Below, one piece after another: positions 32,808-41,859 of a stretch of 64,000 nt of DNA. The notes below the pieces were generated by a model. It had not been told where the DNA came from. It did no database searches and saw only the letters and a program-made list of their open reading frames with translations. Source of the stretch: Gammaproteobacteria bacterium (GTDB lineage: Bacteria > Pseudomonadota > Gammaproteobacteria > Burkholderiales > SG8-41); contig JBGPFE010000003.1 in NCBI GenBank assembly GCA_041483135.1, positions 72,563 to 136,562 on the forward strand, in the 5' to 3' direction. Made by a program: the position numbers and the translations under genes. Position 1 is the first letter of the stretch, and each line of letters begins with the position of its first letter.

Positions 32808-34034
32808 TCAGGGCTTGAGACGGGTCGGTATCGAGACTTCGGAGTGCAGCGTACGATGCACCGGGCATTTGTTGGCGATTTCGAGCAGCTTGGCGCGCTG
32901 CGCTGCGTCGAGAGCGCCCTGCAATTCGATCTCACGCTCGATCCGATCGATCCTGCCTTCCTTGGTTTCGCACTCGGCGCAATCCTGGGCGTGGACTTTT
33001 TCGTGCTTGAGCCGCACCGTGACTTGCTCGAGCGGCAGCTGCTTCAGGTCGGCGTAGAGGCGGATCGTCATCGAAGTGCATGCGCCGAGTCCCGCCAGGA
33101 GCAAATCGTAGGGTGAGGGCCCGGTGTCGAGACCGCCGGCCGTCTCCGGCTCGTCGGCGCGCAGCACATGTTTGCCTGAGCGTATGGTCTGGGTGAATTT
33201 GCCTTCGCGTGTTTCCATTACCGTTACGGTGCCGGCTTCGGCGGCGGACTCGTCGCCGGCCGGCGCGGCGTCGCCCAGGTAGCGGCTTGCCCACGCTGCC
33301 ATTACCGCCGCCACATAAGCCGCATCGGCCTTGCGCGTCAACAGGTGGTCGGCGTCATCGAGCGAAACGAAGCTTTTCGGGTGTTTTGCTGCCATGAATA
33401 TCTGCGCCGCATTGTCGATGTCGACGATGGTATCGCGCGGGCCGTGGAAGATCAGCAACGCCTTGCGCAGGCCGGCGATTGCGTCGTGAGTGTTGTGGCT
33501 TGCGATGTCGTCGAGCAGCTGCTTCTTGACGCGGAATTTCCTGCCGGCAAGCGCGACTTCGGCTTCACCTTTGGCCTCGATCTCGGCGGTCGCCGGCTCG
33601 AGCAGGCGGCGCACATGCGCAGGCTGATAGGGCGCGCCAATGGTTGCGACTGCGACGGCTTCCGGCACACGCGCCGCCGCGGCGAGCACTGCGGCACCGC
33701 CGAGGCTGTGACCTATCAGGATCTTCGGCGCCGCATAGTTTTTGCCTAGAAAGTCGGCGGCCGCGAGCAGATCGGCGACATTGGACGAGAAGTTGGTGTT
33801 GGCAAAGTCGCCGCTGCTGCCGCCAAGCCCGGTGAAATCGAAACGCAGCACGGCGATTCCCTGCGCTGCGAGCGAACTGCTGATGCGGGTGGCGGCGAGG
33901 CTGTCCTTCGAGCACGTAAAACAATGCGCAAACAGCGCGTACGCGCGCGGTTGGCCGGACGGCCGGTCGAGACGCGCGGCGAGTCCCTCGCCGCTCGCAC
34001 CCGCGAAACGGATCATTTCCCTGGGATCTGCCAT
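32808..34034 (-). CDS. Bifunctional alpha/beta hydrolase - OsmC family protein
   Basis: AHCFTCSK, RFDFTGLG, GHSLGG, DDADH. OsmC domain LGACTSMT...CPVHRTL. Confidence 0.93.
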   Translation of the reverse strand: MADPREMIRFAGASGEGLAARLDRPSGQPRAYALFAHCFTCSKDSLAATRISSSLAAQGIAVLRFDFTGLGGSSGDFANTNFSSNVADLLAAADFLGKNYAAPKILIGHSLGGAAVLAAAARVPEAVAVATIGAPYQPAHVRRLLEPATAEIEAKGEAEVALAGRKFRVKKQLLDDIASHNTHDAIAGLRKALLIFHGPRDTIVDIDNAAQIFMAAKHPKSFVSLDDADHLLTRKADAAYVAAVMAAWASRYLGDAAPAGDESAAEAGTVTVMETREGKFTQTIRSGKHVLRADEPETAGGLDTGPSPYDLLLAGLGACTSMTIRLYADLKQLPLEQVTVRLKHEKVHAQDCAECETKEGRIDRIEREIELQGALDAAQRAKLLEIANKCPVHRTLHSEVSIPTRLKP

Positions 34035-34163
34035 GTGCTCTCCTGCCAATGAGGTATGGATCCTGATCACGATATTACACTCTGCCGCCGCCACGGCGCC
34101 CGCTTCCAGTCGCGTTATAATCCGCGCAGGGGCAACGCGCCCGATAAAAAACTGGAGGAAGCA

Positions 34164-35144
34164 ATGTGTTTCGCCTGTTACCGATGGCGGCCGGTGTTGG
34201 TCGCGGCGGCCGTCCTGGGTCTTGCGCAGCTGGCTTACGCGCAGAATTATCCGAACCGTCCGATCCGTATCGTCGTGCCGTTTTCGCCGGGCGGCGCGGC
34301 AGATGTGCCCGCGCGTATCCTTGGGCAGAAGCTGTCCGAGACGCTCGGGCAGCAGGTAATCATCGACAATCGCCCCGGCGCTGGCAGCACGATCGGCGCC
34401 GAGTCTGTTGCCAAGGCCTCGCCTGACGGCTACACGCTGCTGTTCCTCACCAACACACATTTCGTCAGCGCGGCTCTCTACAAGAAGCTCGCTTACGACG
34501 CGCTCAACGATTTCGTCCCGATCACCGAGGTCGGTAACGCGCCCAACGTGCTAGTGGTGCATCCGGCGTTGCCGGCGAAGTCGGTAAAAGAGCTGATCGC
34601 GCTGGCCAAATCGAGGCCGGGCAAGATCGACTTTGCATCCTCGGGCAATGGCAGCTCGCAGCACCTGTTCGGTGCGTTATTCATGTCGATGACCGGAACC
34701 AACATGATGCACATCCCGTACAAAGGCAGCGGTCCCGCCACCGCCGACCTCATCAGCGGCCAGGTGCAGGTTGGTTTCCCCGGGATTGCGATTGCGTTGC
34801 CGCAGGTAAAATCAGGACGCCTACGCGCACTGGGAGTCACCAGCGCGAAACGCTCGCTTGAAATGCCGGATGTGCCGACGATAGACGAGGCGGGGGTCAA
34901 GGGTTACGACGCGACCCTGTGGCTGGGTCTGGCGGCGCCGAAGGCTACGCCGCGCGAGATCATTGCCAAGCTGCATGGCGAAATACTGCGGACGCTCAGG
35001 ATGCCCGATGTGCAGAAGGCCCTGCTCGCGACCGGCACCGAAACGAGTTTTCAGGACACGCCGGAGAAGTTCGGCGTATTCCTGAGATCTGAAATGGCCA
35101 AGTGGGCGAAAGTTGTCAAGGACAGCGGTGCAACGGTGAACTAG
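34164..35144 (+). CDS. Bug/TctC tripartite tricarboxylate transporter substrate-binding protein
   Basis: Signal peptide, YPNRPIRIVVPFSPGG, DNRPGAG, HIPYKG. GGAGG RBS. Confidence 0.93.
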   Translation: MCFACYRWRPVLVAAAVLGLAQLAYAQNYPNRPIRIVVPFSPGGAADVPARILGQKLSETLGQQVIIDNRPGAGSTIGAESVAKASPDGYTLLFLTNTHFVSAALYKKLAYDALNDFVPITEVGNAPNVLVVHPALPAKSVKELIALAKSRPGKIDFASSGNGSSQHLFGALFMSMTGTNMMHIPYKGSGPATADLISGQVQVGFPGIAIALPQVKSGRLRALGVTSAKRSLEMPDVPTIDEAGVKGYDATLWLGLAAPKATPREIIAKLHGEILRTLRMPDVQKALLATGTETSFQDTPEKFGVFLRSEMAKWAKVVKDSGATVN

Positions 35145-35224
35145 CCCTCGGCAACCCGCTTGCTTTAGTCATCGGCGCCGGTGGGTTAATCTATTCGGCG
35201 TTTTCTTGTTTGCGCTTGCCTAAA

Positions 35225-36820
35225 CTACCGCGGGAAGGCGCGAAACCTTACATCGTCGTCGCGCTCGATCTGCTTCACCAGATTCACCTCCCACGACAGG
35301 TAGTCCTTCATCGCCTCTTCGACATTGGCGGCGCGGTCGTAGGGGCGATACCATACATCGTCGGTGGTGTCGGCGAGATGATCCATGCCGGTTGCGAGCG
35401 GCAGACCGGTCGTGCGCCAGGCATCGGTACCGCCTTGCAGCACTTTGACCGGCGCCTGCTGCAGGCGCGCCGCCTCAGACGCCGCGAGTCGCGCGATGAT
35501 GCCGTCAGGCGACGTCAATACCAGCAGTCTTGCCGGCGGAATTTTCCCGAGGTTGTCTTCGAGGTTGGCGCGGATCGTGAGCCACGCACCCGGAATGTGG
35601 CCATCGCGGTAGCGCAGGCTGGTTTCGAAGTCGATAACCGTCACATTATCCGCGTCGAGTTCGCGCTTGAGGTCGCGTGCCGAGAGATAGTCGCATTTTA
35701 TTTTCTCCAGTCCCAGCACTTCCGCCGCGGGCAGGCCTTGGTGGAGCGGGCCCGACTTTAATGCGTGCCTGACGACGAATACATCTTTCCACCCCATCTG
35801 GATCAGCCACGATGCGGTCATGGTCGCGCGCACGCCGTTGTCGTCGATCAACACCATGCGGGCGTTGCGCGTCGCGGCGAACGCGTCGGTGGTCTGAACC
35901 AGTTGGCCTCCAGGCGCATTCACCGTGCTATGCAGATGACCGGCTGCATATTCCTCTGGACTGCGCACATCGAACAGATAAAGCGTGCGCCGGTCAGTTT
36001 CCCGCGCAAATTCAGCGACGGTTGCAACATCGATGGTGCGTATGCCGAAGCGTTTGGCAACGCGCGCCGCCGCCTGCCTGGCTTTCGCCAGACCTGCTGC
36101 CGATGGTTGCGGCGCCAGCAGATTTTGCCGGCGCGCGAGCTCGAAACCGGCGAGGTGCCAGCCCATGGTGCCGTCCTTGAGCGCCACGACGCGGTTGGAG
36201 ATGCCGGCGTTGATCAGCGATTGCGCGCCGATGATGCTGCGCGTGCGGCCGGCGCAGTTGACGACGACGAGCGTATCCGGCGACGCGACGATATCGTGCA
36301 CGCGGTAAACCAGCTCGGCGCCGGGGCAGTCGATGCCGCCCGGGATGCTCATTTTCCTGTATTCGGCGAGCGGCCGGCTGTCGAGGACGACCACTTTCTC
36401 GCCGGCGTCGAGCCTGGCCTTGATTTCCTGCGCCGCCATGCGCGGCGTGTTTTCCCGGTGCTCAACGAACTCGCCGAACGCCTTGCTCGGCACGTTGATT
36501 CCGCTGTAAAGCTCGTAGCCTGCCGCCGCCCATGCGTCGACGCCGCCGGCGAGCACCGTTACGTCGAGGTAGTCGTGCTGCGTGAGCCTGCTGGCGGCGC
36601 GTTGCGCCAGGCCTGCGTTGCCGTCGCAGATCACGATGCGTGTCGAGCGCCGCGGCACCAGCAGCGGCACGCGCACCTCAAGACGTGACAGCGGCGCTGA
36701 TGCAGCGAGCAGCACGTGGCGCTTGGCGAACACGCCTTCCTCGCGTACGTCGAGCACCGCAATCTCGCCGCCGTCGTGCAGCATCGTTTTTAGCTGCCGG
36801 GCCGTGACCGTCGAAACCAT
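35225..36820 (-). CDS. Multi-domain rhodanese-like sulfurtransferase
   Basis: Four rhodanese-like repeats (LDVRE, LDSRP, FDVRS, IDFET). CAGRTRS active-site loop in domain 2. Confidence 0.9.
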   Translation of the reverse strand: MVSTVTARQLKTMLHDGGEIAVLDVREEGVFAKRHVLLAASAPLSRLEVRVPLLVPRRSTRIVICDGNAGLAQRAASRLTQHDYLDVTVLAGGVDAWAAAGYELYSGINVPSKAFGEFVEHRENTPRMAAQEIKARLDAGEKVVVLDSRPLAEYRKMSIPGGIDCPGAELVYRVHDIVASPDTLVVVNCAGRTRSIIGAQSLINAGISNRVVALKDGTMGWHLAGFELARRQNLLAPQPSAAGLAKARQAAARVAKRFGIRTIDVATVAEFARETDRRTLYLFDVRSPEEYAAGHLHSTVNAPGGQLVQTTDAFAATRNARMVLIDDNGVRATMTASWLIQMGWKDVFVVRHALKSGPLHQGLPAAEVLGLEKIKCDYLSARDLKRELDADNVTVIDFETSLRYRDGHIPGAWLTIRANLEDNLGKIPPARLLVLTSPDGIIARLAASEAARLQQAPVKVLQGGTDAWRTTGLPLATGMDHLADTTDDVWYRPYDRAANVEEAMKDYLSWEVNLVKQIERDDDVRFRAFPR

Positions 36821-37197
36821 GCCTTGCTCCTGCTTGATCAGTCGAGCGTTGGATCGAGGAATACTGACGATGCAGCTTCCCGGGAAAAATGATTATACCG
36901 TTCGGGCAGGGCGTACCGGAGTGGCGATGTCATGGCAGCGACGGCACGTTGCCATGCGTACGATGGCGCCGGCACGACGCAGCGACGAGTATTTTGGCGG
37001 AGTAGGTGTGTTCGCCGCCGGCGGTCCTGCGGGTCGCCGGCATTGCGAGGTGCAGCGTATGAGGGCACTATGCCGATGCGGGGCGGCCGCTGTAAGGACG
37101 CGGCGTACGGCGCGACTATAGTGTGCTGACAGAAACACGACAGGTTGCGAGTGTTCTATCCAAGCTGTTGACTTGGATGGCTAAGATGGAGGGGCTC

Positions 37198-37848
37198 ATG
37201 TCTGAACATAGAAATGTGCCGGCGACGGCTGGGGGCAGGATACTGGTTCATCCGTTGATGGTGCGGATTACGCACTGGACCAATGTCATTGCGATGTCGG
37301 TCATGATTTTCAGCGGATGGCGTATATATAACGCTTCGCCGCTGTTCGATTTCAAGTTCCCCCGCGATCTGACGCTCGGCGGTTGGCTGGGCGGCGCATT
37401 GCAGTGGCATTTCGCCGCAATGTGGCTGCTGGCGCTCAATGGGCTCGCCTATTTGCTCTATGGCTTCTTTGCCGGCCATTTTAAATCCAGTTTCCTGCCG
37501 CTCACGCCCGCCGCGGTGTGGAATGAATTCAGGAACGCATTGCGCGGCAGAACTTCGCACGAGTTCGGTGTCTATAACGCCGTGCAGCGCGCCGCTTATG
37601 TCGGCGTGATCTGCGCGGGCATTGCGCTGATACTGTCGGGGCTGGCTATCTGGAAGCCGGTGCAGTTCCAGGAAATCACGGCGCTGCTGGGCGGCTACGA
37701 GGGCGCGCGGCTCGTGCATTTCGTGGCGATGACACTGGTTGTGCTGTTCATCCTGGTGCATGTGATGATGGTGGCGCTGGTGCCGCGCACGTTTTTACCG
37801 ATGTTGACCGGGCACGCCAGGCAGCCTTCGCACGGGCCAGGAGGCTGA
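37198..37848 (+). CDS. Cytochrome b/b6-domain membrane protein (Ni/Fe-hydrogenase cytochrome b-like)
   Basis: RITHW, WHF, YNAVQR, HF...H heme-ligand pattern. Confidence 0.88.
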   Translation: MSEHRNVPATAGGRILVHPLMVRITHWTNVIAMSVMIFSGWRIYNASPLFDFKFPRDLTLGGWLGGALQWHFAAMWLLALNGLAYLLYGFFAGHFKSSFLPLTPAAVWNEFRNALRGRTSHEFGVYNAVQRAAYVGVICAGIALILSGLAIWKPVQFQEITALLGGYEGARLVHFVAMTLVVLFILVHVMMVALVPRTFLPMLTGHARQPSHGPGG

Positions 37849-37849
37849 C

Positions 37850-38611
37850 ATGAAGGGTGCCACGCAGAAACCCGAGCGCAGTCTGGTAGCGCCGACGCGC
37901 GACATCGTTAAACTCGAGCGCCGGTTGTTCCTCAGGCAGGGGCTCAGCCTGGGTGCGCTGACGATGCTGTCCGGTTGCGACGTAACCGATGCCGATGGGG
38001 TGCAGAAAGTGCTGTGGAGCATGTCGCGCTGGAACGACCGCGTGCAGGCGGCGATCTTCGATCAAAACAAGCTCGCGCCGACGTATCCCGAAAGCGCTAT
38101 CACCAAGCCGTTCCCGTTCAACGCGTTTTATTCCGAAGCGGAAGCGCCGCGAGTTGACGCGGCGACCTACAAGCTCGAATTGGGCGGCCTGATCCGCGAC
38201 AAGGCGCCGTGGACGCTAGACAAGCTTTACGAGCTGCCGGAAGCGAGCCAGATTACGCGCCACATATGCGTTGAGGGCTGGAGTGCGATCGGCAAGTGGA
38301 GGGGGGTGACGTTCAAGAGCTTCCTTGAGCGTGTCGGCGCCGATCTGACGGCGAAATACGTCGGTTTCAAGTGTGCCGACGATTACTACTCGAGCATCGA
38401 CATGGCGACCGCGCTGCATCCGCAAACCCTGCTCACCTTCAAGTTTGCGGACCGGATTTTGCCGGCGGCATACGGCTTTCCGATGAAACTGCGGGTGCCG
38501 ACCAAGCTCGGCTTCAAGAACCCCAAGCACATCGCGGCGATCTTTGTCACCAACGACTACCCGGGCGGCTACTGGGAAGACCAGGGCTACAACTGGTTCA
38601 GCGGTTCCTGA
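37850..38611 (+). CDS. Sulfite-oxidase-family molybdopterin oxidoreductase (MsrP/YedY-like)
   Basis: RRLFL Tat motif plus LSGC, HICVEGWS (Mo-ligating Cys), GFPMKLRVPTKLGFKNPK, GYWEDQGY. Confidence 0.9.
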   Translation: MKGATQKPERSLVAPTRDIVKLERRLFLRQGLSLGALTMLSGCDVTDADGVQKVLWSMSRWNDRVQAAIFDQNKLAPTYPESAITKPFPFNAFYSEAEAPRVDAATYKLELGGLIRDKAPWTLDKLYELPEASQITRHICVEGWSAIGKWRGVTFKSFLERVGADLTAKYVGFKCADDYYSSIDMATALHPQTLLTFKFADRILPAAYGFPMKLRVPTKLGFKNPKHIAAIFVTNDYPGGYWEDQGYNWFSGS

Positions 38612-38617
38612 TAATAA

Positions 38618-40027
38618 TCACGACTTCTTGGCGGCAAAACCGCCGAGCAGCGCGGCAGTTGGCCGCGTTCCGGATTTGGAGTGCGGGCGGGTGTGGCTGA
38701 TGTGACCGGCAGCGGGGGCGGCAGGTGGGTTGTCTGTCGGCTTCGGCTCATAGGGCTTGCTGAAATCGAAACCGCCGGACAGCGGTGCCGATGGCGGCTT
38801 GGAATGCAGCTTGCTGTGCGACTGCTTGTGGCCGGACGCATGGCGTGGGGTGACGTGATGTCCTCCGGTACTGTCTGATTTTCTGCCGCGAGCGAGTTCG
38901 GGCAATGGCAGGCGCTCGAGCTTGCGCTTGAGCGTGCGTTCAATCTCGTCGAGCATGCGCTGCTCGTCGGCGCAGACCAGGGAAATCGCTTCGCCGGTGC
39001 TGCCGGCGCGGCCGGTGCGGCCGATGCGATGGATGTAGTCCTCCGCCACGTGCGGCAACTCATAGTTGATCACGAACGGCAATTGCTCGATGTCGAGCCC
39101 GCGCGCCGCGATGTCGGTGGCAACCAGCACGTTGACCGCGCCCTGCTTGAAATCTTCGAGTGCTTTCATGCGTTCGCCCTGGGTGCGGTCGCTGTGGATC
39201 GCCGTTGCCGCGACTCCATCACGCACAAGCTCGCGCATCAGGCGGTTGGTGTCGCGCTTGGTGCGCACGAATACCAGCACCTGGCGCATATCGCGGCTCT
39301 TGATCAGATGGGTGAGCAGCGCGCGCTTGCGGTCCGCATCGACTGCATACATCTGGTGTGTCACGAGATCGGCGGGTGCGTTGCGGCGCGCCACTTCGAT
39401 CACGATCGGCGAGCGCAGTATCTGTCCAGCGAGCCGCCTGATTTCATCCGAGAAAGTGGCGGAGAACAACAAATTCTGGCGTTGCGCCGGCAGCAGCGCG
39501 AGTATGCGCTTGATGTCGGGCATAAAGCCCATATCGAGCATGCGATCGCCCTCGTCGAGCACCAGGATCTCGACACGCGACAGATTGACGGTTTTTTGAT
39601 GGACGTGATCGAGCAGTCGGCCGGGCGTTGCCACCAGGATTTCTACGCCGCCGCGCAGTACTTTGATCTGTGGATCGATGTCGACGCCGCCGAATACCAC
39701 GCTCGAGCGCAGCGTCAGGTACTTGCCGTAAGCGCGCACGCTATCCTCATCCTGGGCGGCCAGCTCGCGCGTCGGCGCGAGGATCAAGGCACGGATCGGG
39801 TGGCGTGCCGGAGAAGGGCTCGCGCTCTGCTGCGGCGCCAGCATCTGCAGAATTGGAAGGGCGAATCCCGCAGTCTTGCCGGTACCCGTCTGCGCGCAAC
39901 CCATGATGTCATGGTGCGCCAGGATAGGCGGGATCGCCTTGAGCTGGATCGGCGTGGCTTCGGTGTAACCCTGGTCGGCGATGGCGCGCAGCAACTCCGG
40001 CAGCAGGCCGAGCGTTTCAAAGGACAT
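38618..40027 (-). CDS. rhlE: DEAD-box RNA helicase, RhlE-like
   Basis: Q motif [51 protein letters not shown] before the ATG at 40027. Confidence 0.9.
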   Translation of the reverse strand: MSFETLGLLPELLRAIADQGYTEATPIQLKAIPPILAHHDIMGCAQTGTGKTAGFALPILQMLAPQQSASPSPARHPIRALILAPTRELAAQDEDSVRAYGKYLTLRSSVVFGGVDIDPQIKVLRGGVEILVATPGRLLDHVHQKTVNLSRVEILVLDEGDRMLDMGFMPDIKRILALLPAQRQNLLFSATFSDEIRRLAGQILRSPIVIEVARRNAPADLVTHQMYAVDADRKRALLTHLIKSRDMRQVLVFVRTKRDTNRLMRELVRDGVAATAIHSDRTQGERMKALEDFKQGAVNVLVATDIAARGLDIEQLPFVINYELPHVAEDYIHRIGRTGRAGSTGEAISLVCADEQRMLDEIERTLKRKLERLPLPELARGRKSDSTGGHHVTPRHASGHKQSHSKLHSKPPSAPLSGGFDFSKPYEPKPTDNPPAAPAAGHISHTRPHSKSGTRPTAALLGGFAAKKS

Positions 40028-40437
40028 TAATCTGAACTCCTGGAATCCGCCCGCCACAGCGCGAGACAGACCATGGGATGCCACCGGAAGCAACCGATGA
40101 ACTCGGATTCAGGGCGGGCGGGAACGTTGCGAAGGACGTGACTAAGCACTTGTTTTACAATTATAACCTGCTTGTGGATAAATCGCCAGCCCAATGTTGA
40201 TGCGGTCATGCGGAGTGGATGGCCCACATCAAACCGGTTGCTCGCAGACGCCGCCCCGCTCCGTTATCGAACCATGCATGAACAGCTATCGCCGGCCATA
40301 CGGTGACGTCAAAACGCGGGCGGGTAAGCCGGCAAAACCTACGCGTCCATTGAAAAATCGCAAAAAATTCAAGAAAATCTGGTAAATTGTAGCAGCTGAC
40401 ATAAAACTGTTCGCACAATGGAAATAAACCGCTAAAG

Positions 40438-41058
40438 ATGTTGAAAGTCACTGAATCGCTGATTGTGCCGAAACCAGGCGCATTCCCGCTGATCCTGACG
40501 CTCGATACCAACGGTATCCCGCATCGCTGGATCACGTGGCAACATGCGTGTTTTTATTACGCCAAAGACCAGATAGCGTGGACCGCGGGCGAACACGCTT
40601 TCACCGTGTTCGGCGGCTACAACCGCGTTTCCGGCGAGCGTTCCAAAATCATTGCGAGCAGCATCATCGCCATCAAGGGCAAGGCGATGGCGATGCGCGC
40701 GTTCAGCCAGGTGCCGCCGCTCAACAACCGAGAATTGTTTCACCGCGACCGCTATCTGTGCGCCTACTGCGCCGGCATTTTTGCGGGATCAAAACTTACG
40801 CGCGACCACGTGATTCCGTTTTCACGCGGCGGCAGGGATACCTGGATGAACGTGGTGACTGCGTGCCGTTCATGCAACGAGAAGAAAAGCGACCGCACGC
40901 CGGAGAAAGCGCGCATGGAGCTGATTTACCTGCCGTACGTGCCGAATCGCGCCGAATACCTGATTCTGACCAATCGCCGCATACTCGCCGACCAGATGGG
41001 ATTTCTCGCGCAGCACGTGCCGGCGCAAAGCCGTTTGCACCAGACGTCCAAGCAGTAA
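40438..41058 (+). CDS. HNH endonuclease (McrA-like, Zn-binding)
   Basis: RDRYLCAYC...TRDHVIP.SRGG...WMNVVTACRSCNEKK. Confidence 0.9.
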   Translation: MLKVTESLIVPKPGAFPLILTLDTNGIPHRWITWQHACFYYAKDQIAWTAGEHAFTVFGGYNRVSGERSKIIASSIIAIKGKAMAMRAFSQVPPLNNRELFHRDRYLCAYCAGIFAGSKLTRDHVIPFSRGGRDTWMNVVTACRSCNEKKSDRTPEKARMELIYLPYVPNRAEYLILTNRRILADQMGFLAQHVPAQSRLHQTSKQ

Positions 41059-41070
41059 CCCACTCGGCCC

Positions 41071-41174
41071 AGTGCCGTTCCAACTACTTTATCCCAACGC
41101 GGGCGCGTCGCTTGCCGGCCGTGATTTGGCTGCCGAGGACAGTTACGTTTGCCGTAGATAGTTGGAACGGCACT
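41071..41174. mobile_element. MITE-like element, copy 1
   Basis: Perfect 16-bp inverted repeat AGTGCCGTTCCAACTA / TAGTTGGAACGGCACT. The same terminus recurs at 46241. Confidence 0.7.
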
Positions 41175-41739
41175 AGCCGCCGCGCTTGCGCATTTCCATC
41201 ATCAGCTTTAACGCTTCCTCCGGTGTCAGCGCTTCCGGTTTCCTGTCGCGGAATATAAGCCAGAACAACGCGCCGTTGATCAGCATGAAAAACACTTCAA
41301 GGTAGAGGATGGTGGTCACGATCACATGATTGGCCTGGCGCGCGAATATGAAATAAAACCCTTCGAATGTCGGCAGCGCAGCCCGGGTGATCGCGAACAC
41401 TGATTCGAAAGGTGGAAACAGTATAATCACCACGAGGTTGATTGCGACCACGGTCAGCGTCGCGTTTTCCAGGCTGATGCGGCGCTGCGTGACTTCGACT
41501 TTTTTCGTGCGCAGCATGAGCCAGGCGATACCGGCGTTGATCATGACCACGAATGCTTCGAGAAACAGCACGCTGGTGTTGACCACCATGTACTGGTTGC
41601 GGCTGAAATAAAAATCAAAACCGCCGAACACCGGTATGGGCGTGCGGGCGATCGAATAGACGTCGAACGGCGGGAACAGCATGATGAAGACGAGGTTCGC
41701 CGCCGCAATGGCGAGCGCTATCGCTTGATTTTTGTTCAT
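41173..41739 (-). CDS. Hypothetical membrane protein with two tandem homologous halves
   Basis: Four hydrophobic segments. Repeated NL...LFPPF...P.F.GF.F.F.R...L.LE.F...IN. AAAGAGGA RBS. Confidence 0.85.
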   Translation of the reverse strand: MNKNQAIALAIAAANLVFIMLFPPFDVYSIARTPIPVFGGFDFYFSRNQYMVVNTSVLFLEAFVVMINAGIAWLMLRTKKVEVTQRRISLENATLTVVAINLVVIILFPPFESVFAITRAALPTFEGFYFIFARQANHVIVTTILYLEVFFMLINGALFWLIFRDRKPEALTPEEALKLMMEMRKRGG

Positions 41740-41859
41740 GCCGGCAGTCCTCTTTCTGGCTCCTCCCCCAAGGGGCTGGAGGCATTATAGGCGATATTCA
41801 GCCGCCATATCAGGTATTCCCGCTAACACTCCAGCAGGAAACGAAATTTACTTTGCAGG

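Noticed and set aside
31313-33100. The OsmC repeat pair as a DGR template/variable repeat, or its TGA codons as selenocysteine
   Set aside because: Differences are not adenine-specific and include indels, no reverse transcriptase is present, and the TGAs are not at Cys positions.
36830-37190. Small ORFs in the rhodanese-cytochrome b intergenic region
   Set aside because: No RBS-supported or recognisable product in any frame.
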